This document shows, piece by piece, positions 24,907 to 36,357 of a stretch of DNA of 64,000 nucleotides (position 1 is its first letter; each line of letters opens with the position of its first letter). The notes below the pieces were generated by a model, which had not been told where the DNA came from, made no database searches, and was given only the letters and a program-made list of their open reading frames with translations. The stretch comes from Neophaeotheca triangularis (Eukaryota): contig BAAIJX010000004.1 in the NCBI GenBank assembly GCA_054600435.1, positions 248,001 to 312,000 of the forward strand, given 5' to 3'. The position numbers and the translations under genes are program-made.

Positions 24907-27900
24907 GACCTGTCGCTAAGAGCGAGCGTTAGGAACTGAACAACACAAATGCTCAACACGAAATAGCATCAGGAACGGTCTTCCGAACAACATGTACTGT
25001 CGACGGATACGAAACCTTTGCCATGATAGATTCCGGAGCCAGCGGAAACTTTATCTCGGAAACGTTCGTACGTCAGCATGGGCTAGCTACCCAGAAGAAA
25101 ACAGATAGCGGGTACGAACTGATAGCCGTGGACGGCTCATCACTACCCGACGTGGATAGCGAAACAGTACCGCTACCACTCGTCTTCTAAAAGCATCACG
25201 AGCGAATTGTCCTGGACGTTGTGCCTATGGCCAGACATGACGTCGTTCTGGGCACTCCTTGGTTGGAACGACACAATCCTACAGTGGATTGGAGAAAACG
25301 AGTACTCACGTTCGACAGGTGTAGTTGCGTCACTACAACCTACCCTGCGCGCCGGCAGCGATCGACGGCAGATAAGAGAAGGCAGATTAACGAAACGTAT
25401 CGCCAATCGACCACGATACCAATACGAATTGGATCGGACTCCACAGGTACCGAACTAGCCTAAACGGACCAGCAAGTGAGAGTTGAGGAAGGAAGTCACG
25501 CACCTTCGGATATCCCTGGAGAATTCAGGAAATGGAAGCGCCTTTTCCAGGAAGAGGAAGGAGCAGCCGCTCTACCTAGACATTAACCATGGGACCACCG
25601 AATCGACATTCAGCCCGGTGCGAAAATACCATGGGGGCTACTTTACGCGCTATCCGAAAAAGAGCTCGAAGAGCAACGACGATGGCTGAATGAAAAGATG
25701 AAGAAAGGATGGATCCGACCCTCCACTTCATCAGCCGCTTCACCACCGTTTTTTGTTCCGAAGAAAGGAGGAAAATTACGAATGGTTATCGATTTCAGAC
25801 GACTCAATGCGATCACCACCAAAAACCGTTATCCACTGCCTAACATCGACGAGATGAGAGATCGACTCACCGGTTCACACTGGTTCACCAAAATCGATCT
25901 CCGAGATGCATTCTATTCAGTCAGAATGGCAAGGGGGGAAGAGTAGAAAACAGCTTTTCGAACGCGCTACGGACTTTACGAATTCCAGGTCATGCCTATA
26001 GGACTCACAAATGCCCTAGCAACCTGTCAACAACTCGTCAACGACATCCTACGAGACCTACTCGATATCACTGTTATCGCTTACATCGACGACATATTGG
26101 TCTTCACGAAAGGATCACGAGAACAACATACTAAGGACGTACACGCAGTATTCGAACGACTCGACAAAGTAGACTTCAGAACAGCACTAGAGAAATGCGA
26201 GTTCTACAAGAAGGAAGTCGACTTTCTAGGTTTTGTGATCAGCACCACCGGGATCCGAATAGACCCGAAGAAAACTCAATCGATCGAGGAATGGCCGACA
26301 CCTAAGTCAGTCAAGGACATCTAAGCATTCCTCGGATTAGCTAACTACAATCGGAAATTCGTGCAGGATTACTTAAGGCTCGCTACGCCTCTGACCAACC
26401 TCACGAAAAAGGACACACCATTCGTATAGGGAAAGATTCAACAACAATCCTTCGACAAGCTTAAGGAGTCATACACGACTGCCCCTACGCTAAGGATGTT
26501 TGACCCTAAGAGACCTATCCAAATCGAAACCGATGCCTCTAACAGAGCAATAGGAGCTTGCCTCACGTAGGAGGTTAAAAGCAAACGACACCCTATCGCT
26601 TACTTCTCGAGGAAGATGTCACTAGCGGAACAGAACTACGAGATCTACGACAAAGAACTACTCGCAATCGTTGCAGCATTGCGATACTAGAGAGTGTACT
26701 GTGAAGGAGCAACCGGACTAACTATTTACTCGGATCACAAGAACCTGCAATACTTCACAACCACTAAGGAACTGTCACGCCGACAATGTAGATGGTTAGA
26801 GCTACTCGGACAATACAAGTTCGACATAGTCTACACTCTAGGAAAAGACAATGGGCGCGCCGACGCGCTAAGCAGAAGAAGCGACTACATGGAAGGACAT
26901 CTTCTACAGCAACACCGTATACTGAAAGTTAATAAGGACGGAAGCCTAAGCGCCAACCCTTAGGAATTTAACTCAGTACTACGAGTACTACGGGATGACA
27001 CCGAGGAATTCCCTGTCGAACATGGGAAGTTCAGGGTTCTAAACGAAAGGGAACGCTAGTGCATCTAGGACCACCACGATGGACCCACTAACGGACATCC
27101 AGGAATCGCTAGAACAGTAGAACACATTAGACGCAACTTCGTGTTCCCCGGAATGAGACAAAAGGTCTCAGAGTACATCAAGAAGTGCACGAGCTGCTAA
27201 CAAAACAAAGCTTCGAGACACGCCAAATATGGAAACCTACAATTCTAGGAGCCACCGGATCTACCATGGAACGAGGTCACAATGGATTTTATCGTCAAAT
27301 TACCAAGATCCAAGGACCCGTCAACAAGCAAGGACTACGATTCAATTCTAGTCATGGTCGACAGACTCACGAAGTACTCACATTTTGTTCCCTACAACGA
27401 GATAATCACTGTAGAGGAACTCGGATATCTCGTTCTCGACAGACTTGTACGATACCACGGCATCCTAACGGTTCTGATAACGGACAGAGACAAGCTCTTC
27501 ACATCCAATTACTAGAAGACCTTGATATCAGCGATAGGAGTGAAACACAAGCTCTCGACGGCATTTCACCCCGAAACCGATAGACAGACAGAACGCTCAA
27601 ACCAATCCCTCAAAACGTATTTGCGACATTACGTCAACTACGCTCAGGACAATTGGGTGGCGCTCTTACCTATGGCACAGCTCGCACTTAACAACAATGC
27701 CTTAGAAACAACAGGCTTAACTCCGTTCTATGCAAATTTCGGAAAGGATCCAAACACATTTATGGAACTAAAGCCAGGACCGCTCGCAGAAAGAGCCCTG
27801 CAGACATCTTCGCAGCTGCAAGAAGCACACCAACAGGCGAAGGACAAGATCACACAGTCGCAACGGCGACTCGAGTCATAAAGACACAAGGACTCCAAAA

Positions 27901-28360
27901 CGGCACCTTAGCTTAAGAAGGGGGATAAGGTGTACCTACTTACGAAAAACCTGAAGACAAGGAGACGAACACGAAAACTGGACCATGTCAAGGTCGGACC
28001 GTTTCTGGTTAAAGAACAAAGAGGAAAGGTCAACTACCTCCTCTAACTCCCAAGAGATGCCAGAGTCTACCCAGTCTTCCACGTATCCTTGCTCGAACTA
28101 GCAGACGCCGAAACACCAATCTAGGACACCTTCTACCACGATCCACTAGAGGAAGAAGCCGAGTACGAGGTCGAAAAGATTCTAGACAAAGATGGTCAGA
28201 ACTACCTCGTAAAATGGAAAGGGTATCCCATAAGCGAGAACACTTAGGAACCTAGGGACAACCTACTTAACTGCCAGAAGGCCCTACAACAATATCGCTA
28301 GCACCAAAATTCCAGAAGTCGGCCGAGAGATCAAAACCGCCGTCTAACGCATTCCACGTA
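24894..28360 (+). pseudogene. Element D pol (-1 frame): protease, RT, RNase H, integrase, chromodomain
   Basis: AMIDSGASGNFI; AYIDDILVF; IETDAS; YSDHKNL; MDFIVKLP; AFHPETD; EYEVEKILD..YLVKWKGY..ENT(W)EP. Slippery heptamer A AAA AAC at 24894-24900. Confidence 0.92.
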
Positions 28361-28881
28361 GAAGGAGAAAGAATAATCCCCGGACCAGGATCCAAATCCT
28401 CGAGAGGGAGCGTTGCGTTCTCACCCTCCTTCTCCTTCTCTTCTTCCGCCTCGATACTAGCCTCCTCCACGGCTATTGCTTCCGCTTCTCGTTTCTCTAG
28501 AAGATCGAGTTGCCGACGTAAGCGCTATTCCTTGGCAAAGGCGGAAGACAAAGCCTCGCGGGCAGCATTTTCAGCCCGTCGAGCCTCTTCTTCTACTACG
28601 CGAGCAGAGAGTTGCGCCTCGAACGCTTCCTTGATAGACGACTGAAGTTTCGTCCGCTCCCGCTTCAACCTATCCCATTCCAATGATGAAACCTAGAGGT
28701 CACACCTCTGACCCCGACGAAGACACTCGCTACACTTTCCCGACCGAATATGGACCCGACAAACACGTTTGTGCTTGGAGCACGTTCCACATGGCTTCAC
28801 CATATCCTTTCCGTGAGTTTCGACAAAAGTTGCTAATTCGCGACGACGGATAGTACTGCGGCCAGGCTGGTTGTTAGGCAT
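28267..28881 (-). pseudogene. Element D antisense accessory ORF (~204 aa): Cys6 Zn-binding-like domain + coiled coil + acidic tail
   Basis: ORF-track pieces 28693-28932 and 28267-28470 lie in one frame, broken by two TAG codons; PCGTCSKHKRVCRVHIRSGKCSECLRRGQRC. Confidence 0.8.
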
Positions 28882-28982
28882 GCTGAGAGGAAAACATGAT
28901 TCAGCTAAGAAGGAAGAAGTGGGGCGAGCCACGAGACTTATAACGTCAGCGTCGAGACGACGCTAAGCTGGAAGAGGGATAG

Positions 28983-29439
28983 TGTTACGGACAACACACG
29001 ACTAGGACAGGAAGGAAGAGATCATTAGATAAAGACTGAAAGCGCTAACGGCAGGACTCCGAGACTGAGCACACGGAGCTTGCCAAGAACTAAGCACGCC
29101 AAGAACTGAGCAGCCTCCTGCTCAGTAATGCTCAGTTAAACTAATCACTACTGACCAGTCTCGAGCACTGAGCAGCTCCTTACTTAGCGACGCTCAATGG
29201 GACTAAGCACCACTGATCAGGATGATCAACACGAATCTCTTTTGTATTTAGCTAGCGACATTTCCTAGATAGAGATTTGTGTTCAACTCATGTTACAATC
29301 TTACTGAAAGGTCTATAGCGACACTTCACGTATCTTTGAAATCCTTACGACAAAGGAAACACCCTTGCTAGCCTTCTACGATATCTCTCCTCTTCCGCTA
29401 CGAGCTCTACCCGTGAGACTACCTTGTAGGATCGCAACA
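28983..29439 (+). repeat. 3' LTR of element D
   Basis: Direct repeat of 22190-22646. Confidence 0.95.
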
Positions 29440-29680
29440 TACGGAGCGACAGATCACAATGATTAGAGACACGAATCTCTTTTGTATTTAGATAGCGACA
29501 TTTCCTAGATAGAGATTTGTGTTCAACTCATGTTACAATCTTACTGAAAGGTCTATAGCGATACTTCACGTATCTTTGAAATCCTTACGATAAAGGAAAC
29601 ACCCTTGCTAGCCTTCTACGACATCTCTCCTTTTCCGCTACGAGCTCCACCCCTTAAGACTACCTTATAGGATCACAACA

Positions 29681-30923
29681 TCGGGTCGGAGTACACGAGT
29701 CCCTTGTTAATAAGCTCGAGAAATCCGGGGCAAGTTATCTATCCGTACGGGCCGCTATACATGAAGTAGCCTCCTAGCGCCGTTCCGTAGGCAGTATTAG
29801 GAGCGCCATAACCCTAACTAGGATACTGCGTGTAGTTATTAAAATTAGAGGTAGTAGCGGTAGGGGCGTAAGCAGACCGTTCGGGGAAGGAAGGTTACAG
29901 AGCTGCCTAGAAGACATTAGTCGCGGCGCTGGCCAGAATGTTAGTCATGGTAAATCTATAGTAGCCCGCATTCTTAACTATAATGGCTAGGTCTATAGCG
30001 TTCAACTTGAGCGTCTTGAACTTAGCCACTAGTTCGTCCATTTCCTTTTCGGAGGTAGGCTGTTCAGGGAAATTAGGCATAGGACGTCCCTTACTCCCGA
30101 AAGCCGGCGCCGGGAATGCCGTAGTAGGGACTAGCATATACACGACAGGCTTCTCGCTAGCCTCTATACGGGCCATCGCGTTGTGAACCGAATTCAACAT
30201 CTCTAAGGATTAGTCAGCACGGACCTTGTCCTCGACGGCCCCGAATAGTTGTCAGTACTCAATGGACTCGCTAGGCATGAGCGGATTGATCTAGAACTGC
30301 CGGATAAGACGCTCCTACAAGTTCTAAGGCAAACCACGGAGGAAGTGCTTTACAATCTCTAGTCCCCCGAGAGGGTACCCCTAATCTTTAGCCTTATAGA
30401 CAATGCTCTCGAAACTGCGAACGTACTCTAGGATCCCGTTCGGATAGCTAGCGGCTTTACTCTTAGCCATAAAACCTACGAGTGCTTCTACACTTCTAGC
30501 AAGCCGCTCTGAGTCGAAATCCCCGAACTTGACCTTTATAGCGGCGAAGATGCCCGCTAACGAGCCGTCGTGCTCGAGGTCCGACACCTAGGCCTAGACC
30601 TCGTCGCTAACGTAGCTGTCGAGCAGTTCGGCTATACGACGGGAGTCGAACCCAAACCGCACGCACATCTTCTTATACTTCCGCATGAAGCTCGTAAGGT
30701 TACTACTATCGAAGTAGGCCGCCCCCGGCTCGTAGGGGCTCGGGGGAGGCGCCGTAATCACGTACCCTAGGGTATTAGCGGGACGCGACGGTAGGGACGC
30801 CCCGGGGCCGTCCCCGCTAGATCCTAGGGTGAGCGCGGGGGCAGATAGTGCCAAGGAAGTAGTAGGCCCCGCGTCCTACATGTCTTCCGGGGTAAGGGAA
30901 ACGTCGAGAGGGGAGTTAGACAT
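29681..30923 (-). pseudogene. Element B gag, 5' part
   Basis: ATG 30923 (MSNSPLDV...); PYEPGAAYFDSSNLTSFMRKY; de-RIP CFMCSGPH..TC knuckle-like motif near 29740-29770; reading continues across the TCGGG TSD at 21942. Confidence 0.8.
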
Positions 30924-31602
30924 ATTTTTGGTTGTTTGTTCAGTTTTCTAGAAACAGTGATAATAGTGAGGCGGCGTAAGTAAAACAGTAGAATCTTGGA
31001 ATATATGAGCAATAGACCGAGTAAGGAAGCCGAGAATGTAAGCGATATTCTTAGTGGTGAATTTGCGAAGTTGATCTTAAGCAGTACCTCGTAGTCTTTC
31101 TTCGATCTATAGCCGAGATGATATCTTTTCTCTACTAGAGGTCCTAAAGGTCCGGATTCTCCGGTAGCGTGTAGAGGGTTTACCTCTATTGAAATGAGAC
31201 GAGCGTCGTTACGGGGGACTCCGGCCTCCGCATCTTTAAAGCTCTATTGAGTTTTCGGCGATAATACCGAATAGTCCGAAACCTTGCGTAGCGTAGACAA
31301 CCGCATCTAGGCTAAGTAGAACGGTAAGGGCGAGGAAAGCTAAAGTAGTAAGCAGTAGTCTAGGTTGTCTAGAAGCCGCCATCGTCGTTTCGTTAGGACA
31401 GGAGAATAGCGGGGTAGAGTAGTGGGTTTCTCAGGGTTAACTATAGCGCCGCTATCGCGTTGTCGAGTCCCTTTTCTAGTCCCCTTATCGAAGGGTAAGT
31501 TCCATAAGTCGGGCAGTCTTGTAGTAGGTATAATTCCTAGAGTGTGGGTTCGGCTATTAGGACGAAGACAATATGCGATCACCCTACCTTCGGCTCCAAA
31601 TA

Positions 31603-31957
31603 TGTCGAGCGGCAAGAGCACTCGAGAAGCCGGGAGTCTAGTTTTACTCGGGGAGGTATTGTTCATAACGGTTGTGAATAATGTAGCGGGATCAGGAATC
31701 GGGTGTAGTCGAGAATTAGGGATTGTTCGCAACGGTTGCGAACAATACGTTAGGGGTCAGAAATCAGTTAGGTCGGTCATAGTGCATAGAGGCCAATTCA
31801 AGCAGTCGCAATTCATTCTATGTGTGTCTGTCTAGGTAGGTGTCTAAGATACAAGTGCTAGTGTAGGGGGAGGTGTAGGTATGTGAAGGGGGTAATAACA
31901 AAGCAAATACCGTAAAACTAGCACGCCTACGAATGTAGCACGGGAGTCACCACGACA
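31603..31957 (-). repeat. 5' LTR of element B
   Basis: Direct repeat of 12241-12595. Confidence 0.95.
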
Positions 31958-32690
31958 GTACTAGTAAGCAAAACTAGCGCATTAAGACATAGTAGGGCTA
32001 GGTAACTAGAGGATCGATTAATGCCTAGAAGCACTACTTCAAGTACCTAGTAAGTAGGGGTATCTATAGGCCTAGCTTAATCTAATACTATATTGCTTTC
32101 CTAGCTATCTATATACCTATCATTCGCGAGTAGTTCATTAAGTTTACTAAACTCTAGAACAAACATAAGATATATAAGTAGCTAAGTAGGCCTTATATAG
32201 TACTAAGAGTCCCTAAGCTACTATATGAGTACCCTTAGATATAAGGGAGGAGGGACTATAGCTTCCCTATACCTACTGACCTTATTACCCTACTATAAAA
32301 TGAATTAGCTAATTTCCGTGAGCGAGATATCTAGCTACGATTCACGTATAATCTAGTAGCTAACCCTTACATTCAGACATTAACGCCTACCTACCTAAGC
32401 CTACTAAGGCATTTTACACTTATACTTTAGGGGAGCTCAGATTTAGTAACTTAGATAGTTACTAGAGCGCTATAGATAGCCTACGATGCTACTAACACGC
32501 CTTTATAGCCCTTAAAGAGCGAATTCACACCTATATATAGTATAGTAAGGCCCTAGATCTTAGTAAGCTCGCGCGACCACTAGTAGTAGTATGGTAGTAA
32601 GCTACTAATATAGCTAGAGATGTGTTCAATATAGTAGGGGAGCCTTTTGTTAGTAGTACTAGTCTAGGCGATGATAACCTACTAGAGTAA
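31958..32690 (+). pseudogene. Element A transposase, 3' part
   Basis: Removing element B restores (C)F(W)Y(G)TSKQN(Q)RI(E)T(WW)G(Q), the third-acidic-residue motif of this integrase family; end approximate. Confidence 0.8.
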
Positions 32691-33120
32691 GGCAATATGT
32701 ATTTTACTCCTATAGCGAATATTAACCCTAGCCTATAGTAGATTTTGTGTATCTTAGGGTGTTACTCATTAGTATCTCTAGGCTACATTCGCCTCTATTA
32801 CTCGATTCAACATTATGTATAAAGTATAGGGATTAGTACTACTATTTTGATAACTATTTACCTTAGATTATGACACATCACGCGTAAATAGCGCCTATAT
32901 AGTTATACATATAAGGGTAAGTTTCAGACCGCTAGTGTATATTGTTCGTAACTACTATAAATAATAGGGTTACGCTCGCCTCTTTCTTTTTCTTCCTTTT
33001 ACTCTCTTCTACCTTATAGTTATCTCTATATATGTATAGCTTTACTTCTTACTCTTTTTCAACCTCATCTTTCGTCTTAACCTTACTTATGCGTATATCT
33101 CTAACTAAGCTACTACTACT

Positions 33121-34725
33121 ATAGACACTAACCGAGCTACTATAGACAACTATATACTGATATAGGCTAACAATCTGATTTACCCGCGCTTAAAGGGGAA
33201 TCACGAGCGACTTTATAGCTACCTAGACGCATGTCCTATATACGTACTCTATAACCCCTACCCCCTAGATAGGAGGGGTATCCGCTATACATTAATAGCC
33301 CCTACTACTACTACCCCACGAGGCCTACCCTAAGACAACGCCTATCTAGACTAGTATACATACTCGACAAACACCTCTAACTATACTAGTAGCTCCCGGA
33401 CCTCCTATTAGGAGCTAGCGAATCAAGAGTATAGCTATAAAGACATAGTAGTAAGAATCATAGAGCGAGGTAATAGCGATCTAGGCTGTTAAACTCGTCT
33501 TATACATACTATCTTCTACAAATCCTAGGCTAATAAGTACTATACTCTAACTAGTACTCGTCTATAAAACCTCTAGGGTAAGCCTTATATAGGCTCGACA
33601 GCTTTAAGCTTATATAACTCGGAGGCAACTTAGTATAGTAATAGCTCTAGACCTCCCGCTCTAAAGCCTATTGAGTTCTAGATAGAGGTTACTTTTTAGT
33701 TATAAGAGATTACTATCATTACTTATAGTAGCGACAAGCCTAGTATAGATCTATAGAAGTACGACAAGCTATATAAGATCTAAGAGGTTATAGATAGATT
33801 CATAGAGTAGGCCTTCGTCGAGTCTAGCTTACCGCTTTTAGGCTTCTTAACTAAAAGGTGTAGTAATAAGTAGACTAGGAACCCTAACTCGACCTAGACT
33901 TAGTACTATACTTATCGCTTTACTAATAGTTTCGACGATAACGACTATCCGTATAACTATAGTAGTGTAGTCGAAAGCATATCGATCCGAGAAGCACTAA
34001 TCCCCTTTAAGGCTAGTAAAAACAAGCCTTATAAGATAGAAATCGTCGTCTAGTTATATATAAACTATTAGAGTAGAAAAAAGAGGAGTAAAAACTCGAA
34101 GAGTAAGATAACAGTAACACCCTAGAACCACCGAGCTACTAATAAATATAGCGAAGATATGTAACCTAGTACTAAGGCTAGGGATATACTAATTAAGAAG
34201 GAGTAGTCATAAACTTCGAGGATATAGCTCCCTAACATAATTAGGGAGTTTATAGACCTAATAGGCCTTATACCGACCCTATAAGCTATACGAGCTACTA
34301 CACGAGGTAGTAACGAGTCGTTCTATTATGATCTAGTCCCTAAGCTAACCTTTAATACATTTATAGGGTATAGAGGGGATACGGAGTAAGAGGGGGAACT
34401 AGAGGGGGAAGTAGATAGTAAATCTACTACATAAGATAAGTAAGATATAACTAGTACTAGTAATGATAGTTCCGAGTTATTGCGCTTATCGAGTCTACTA
34501 CCTTTAGACCCTCTCGACCCTCTTACCTATAGTAACGGGGGTTCTAGTAGCATATAGACTAGCGATGAGTTATATAGTAAGGAAGGGGAGATGTCTCGCT
34601 ACTCTAAACGAGCTAAGCCTATCGATAAAGAAGATAGAGGTTAGTAGGGAGGATAAGGGTAAGGGTAGGGAAAGTCTAGGGATAAGGGTAAGGATAAGGA
34701 TAAAGGAAGGGGGAAGAAGGGGTAA
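33121..34725 (+). pseudogene. Element A ORF2 (~535 codons, unknown function; acidic then Lys/Gly-rich C-terminus), heavily RIP-mutated
   Basis: Single frame from ATA 33121 to TAA 34725 with only TAA/TAG interruptions; ends ..GKSRDKGKDKDKGRGKKG. Confidence 0.65.
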
Positions 34726-35349
34726 ATAATAGGAGACTTATAGTACCTATATCCTACGTAGGCGTAAGGGGGAGCTATAGGACTTAATACTTATAATTAC
34801 TAGTTTTTTTATCAGTTTTTTTTTTAAGAAACATATTTATGAGTTAGCTACTATCTATACATAAATAGCATCAAAATCTCGGTTTTTTTCTTCTTATAAT
34901 AACTAGGCGCTCTAAGAGGCTTTTTTTTGTCTTTTTTTTTTTTATTATTTTAGTTTTTTTAGGGTAGGAGTTTGGTTTAGTCTATTTTGCGAGTTAACTA
35001 CTATATAGGTATAAGTATTAATAATTTTTTTTTTTTCTCGTAGATTTGCTCTTAAATCGAGTGTTTTTTTTTAGTTATTAGTTTTTCCTTTTTTTCTTAT
35101 CCCTTATTTTGTAGCTTTACGAGTTAGCTACTATTTATATATAAATATCAATAAATCACTTTAATTCGAGTTTATATAGTAGTTTCTTTATAGATTTAAG
35201 GGATAAAATTAAGATTTATAGGGTTAATTAATTGAATTTAGGTAAGATTTAATAAATTCATTAATTTTTAAAGTAAACAAACTCTGACTCGTAGTTAACT
35301 TAAGGTATAATAGCTATATTTAGCTCTTAAAACCTAAAACTCCTTATTT

Positions 35350-36021
35350 AACCTCCCCTTACTTAGGTACCGGGCCTCCTAAACTTAAGCATATAGATTC
35401 TAGTAAAGAGAGTCTAGATCGTAACCTCTACTAGCTATAATCGCTCCTTAATAAAGGGGGGACTCTTATTACGGTTAGTAGTGTAGCGAGACTTGCTCTA
35501 CCTTTTATAAAGCGCGTATATCTCCCCCTTATCGACTACTATACTACTCTCGAGCTCAATATGCTTATAAATATAGTAAAGTAGCTAATTGCTATAGCGA
35601 GTACACTCCGAGTAAGGCTCCGCCGTGTCTATCTTAACCTCCTTATCCTCTATAATCTTACTAGCTATAACAAACTTCCTTAACTTATTAGCCGCATTTT
35701 TATATATAGCCCCTACCTTTAACTCGATAAGCTATTCGCTCTAAGTCTCTTACTTTATAAACTAAAAGTCGCTCGAGTCGGTAGTTTTAGAGCGGTAGAG
35801 CCTTTTAAGGTCGTAGATAGTGATATCGCTTAGGTCTAGCTTAGGACTAACTTTATGTCTATTTATATATAAGTTAGTATAGAGTGTACTTAAAAGGTGT
35901 TCAATTTAGGAAAAAATATCTACTTTTTAGGGGATATAGTAAGTAAATTTTAGCTAGTAGTTTTGTTAGTATAATATATAGCTTATAAGCTAGTAGATAC
36001 TTCATAGATTATAACTACTAT
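35350..36021 (-). pseudogene. Element A ORF3, convergent, putative Cys-rich protein; probably one intron
   Basis: Frame reads AEPYSECTRY...LYY...IYALYKR.SKSRY; TAC/TAT reverted to TGC/TGT gives PCSEC..C..CALC..C. Boundaries approximate. Confidence 0.5.
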
Positions 36022-36318
36022 GCCCTAACGAGGTAGGCTTAGTGTAATCGAGTGAAGGGACCGGTAGTAGTAGTAGTAGTGGTAGTAGTAGTAGTATAGA
36101 AGGTAGTTTTCGAAGTAGTAAGATCGCGACTTTAAGGCGCGCGTATAACGTATAAACAAATGATACCTTAGGCCGCATATGGCCATATTCGCAATTTACG
36201 CCATGAAAGAAGTCGAGGACGTTGGAGATTATAACAAAGGTGTGAATAGTATGTAAATAGAGAGAGAGTAGGACTTTAGAGAGAATGAAAGAAGTTCAAA
36301 AGTTCGGCAGGGCCGCGG

Positions 36319-36357
36319 GGAAAGAAATCCGTCGCTGGGTATGCTTGGGTGACCGTC
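36319..36357 (-). repeat. Right TIR of element A
   Basis: Exact reverse complement of 11031-11069. Confidence 0.95.

Larger units (their letters stand above)
22190..29439 (+). mobile_element. Element D: full-length Ty3/Gypsy chromovirus, 7,250 bp, moderately RIP-mutated
   Basis: 457-bp LTRs at 22190-22646 and 28983-29439; 5-bp TSD TACGG (22185-22189 / 29440-29444); PPT GGAAGAGGGATAG before the 3' LTR; gag-PR-RT-RH-INT-chromodomain. Confidence 0.95.
21943..29680 (+). mobile_element. Element C: solo LTR (~483 bp; 21943-22189 + 29445-29680) split by element D
   Basis: Begins TGTTACG and ends CAACA; 5-bp TSD TCGGG (21938-21942 / 29681-29685). The 3' half is nearly identical to the 3' half of the element D LTRs; the 5' half has ~56-bp tandem repeats. 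Confidence 0.85.
12241..31957 (-). mobile_element. Element B: Ty3/Gypsy LTR retrotransposon (no chromodomain seen), ~12.0 kb net, carrying an extra 3' gene
   Basis: Two 355-bp LTRs (TGTCG...CGACA). 4-bp TSD GTAC (12237-12240 / 31958-31961). Polypurine tract at 12596-12604 on the minus strand. gag, PR, RT (YVDD), RNaseH and INT order on the minus strand. Confidence 0.93.
11031..36357 (+). mobile_element. Element A: RIP-inactivated TIR DNA transposon (Clr5 + DDE integrase; IS3EU/Styx-like), ~5.6 kb net of nested insertions
   Basis: Perfect 39-bp terminal inverted repeats (11031-11069 and 36319-36357), flanked by CTAG on both sides (11027-11030, 36358-36361; alternatively a TA TSD with 40-bp TIRs). 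Three RIP-damaged reading frames inside. Confidence 0.88.

Noticed and set aside
31582..31602. tRNA primer-binding site of element B (TGGAGCCGAAGGTAGGG on the minus strand, 4 nt from the LTR)
   Set aside because: Plausible, but the cognate tRNA cannot be verified without the genome's tRNA set and RIP may have altered it; not listed as a feature.
31340..31835. 130- and 137-aa ORFs across the 5' LTR of element B
   Set aside because: They overlap the LTR and leader on both strands with no protein-like features; chance open frames.
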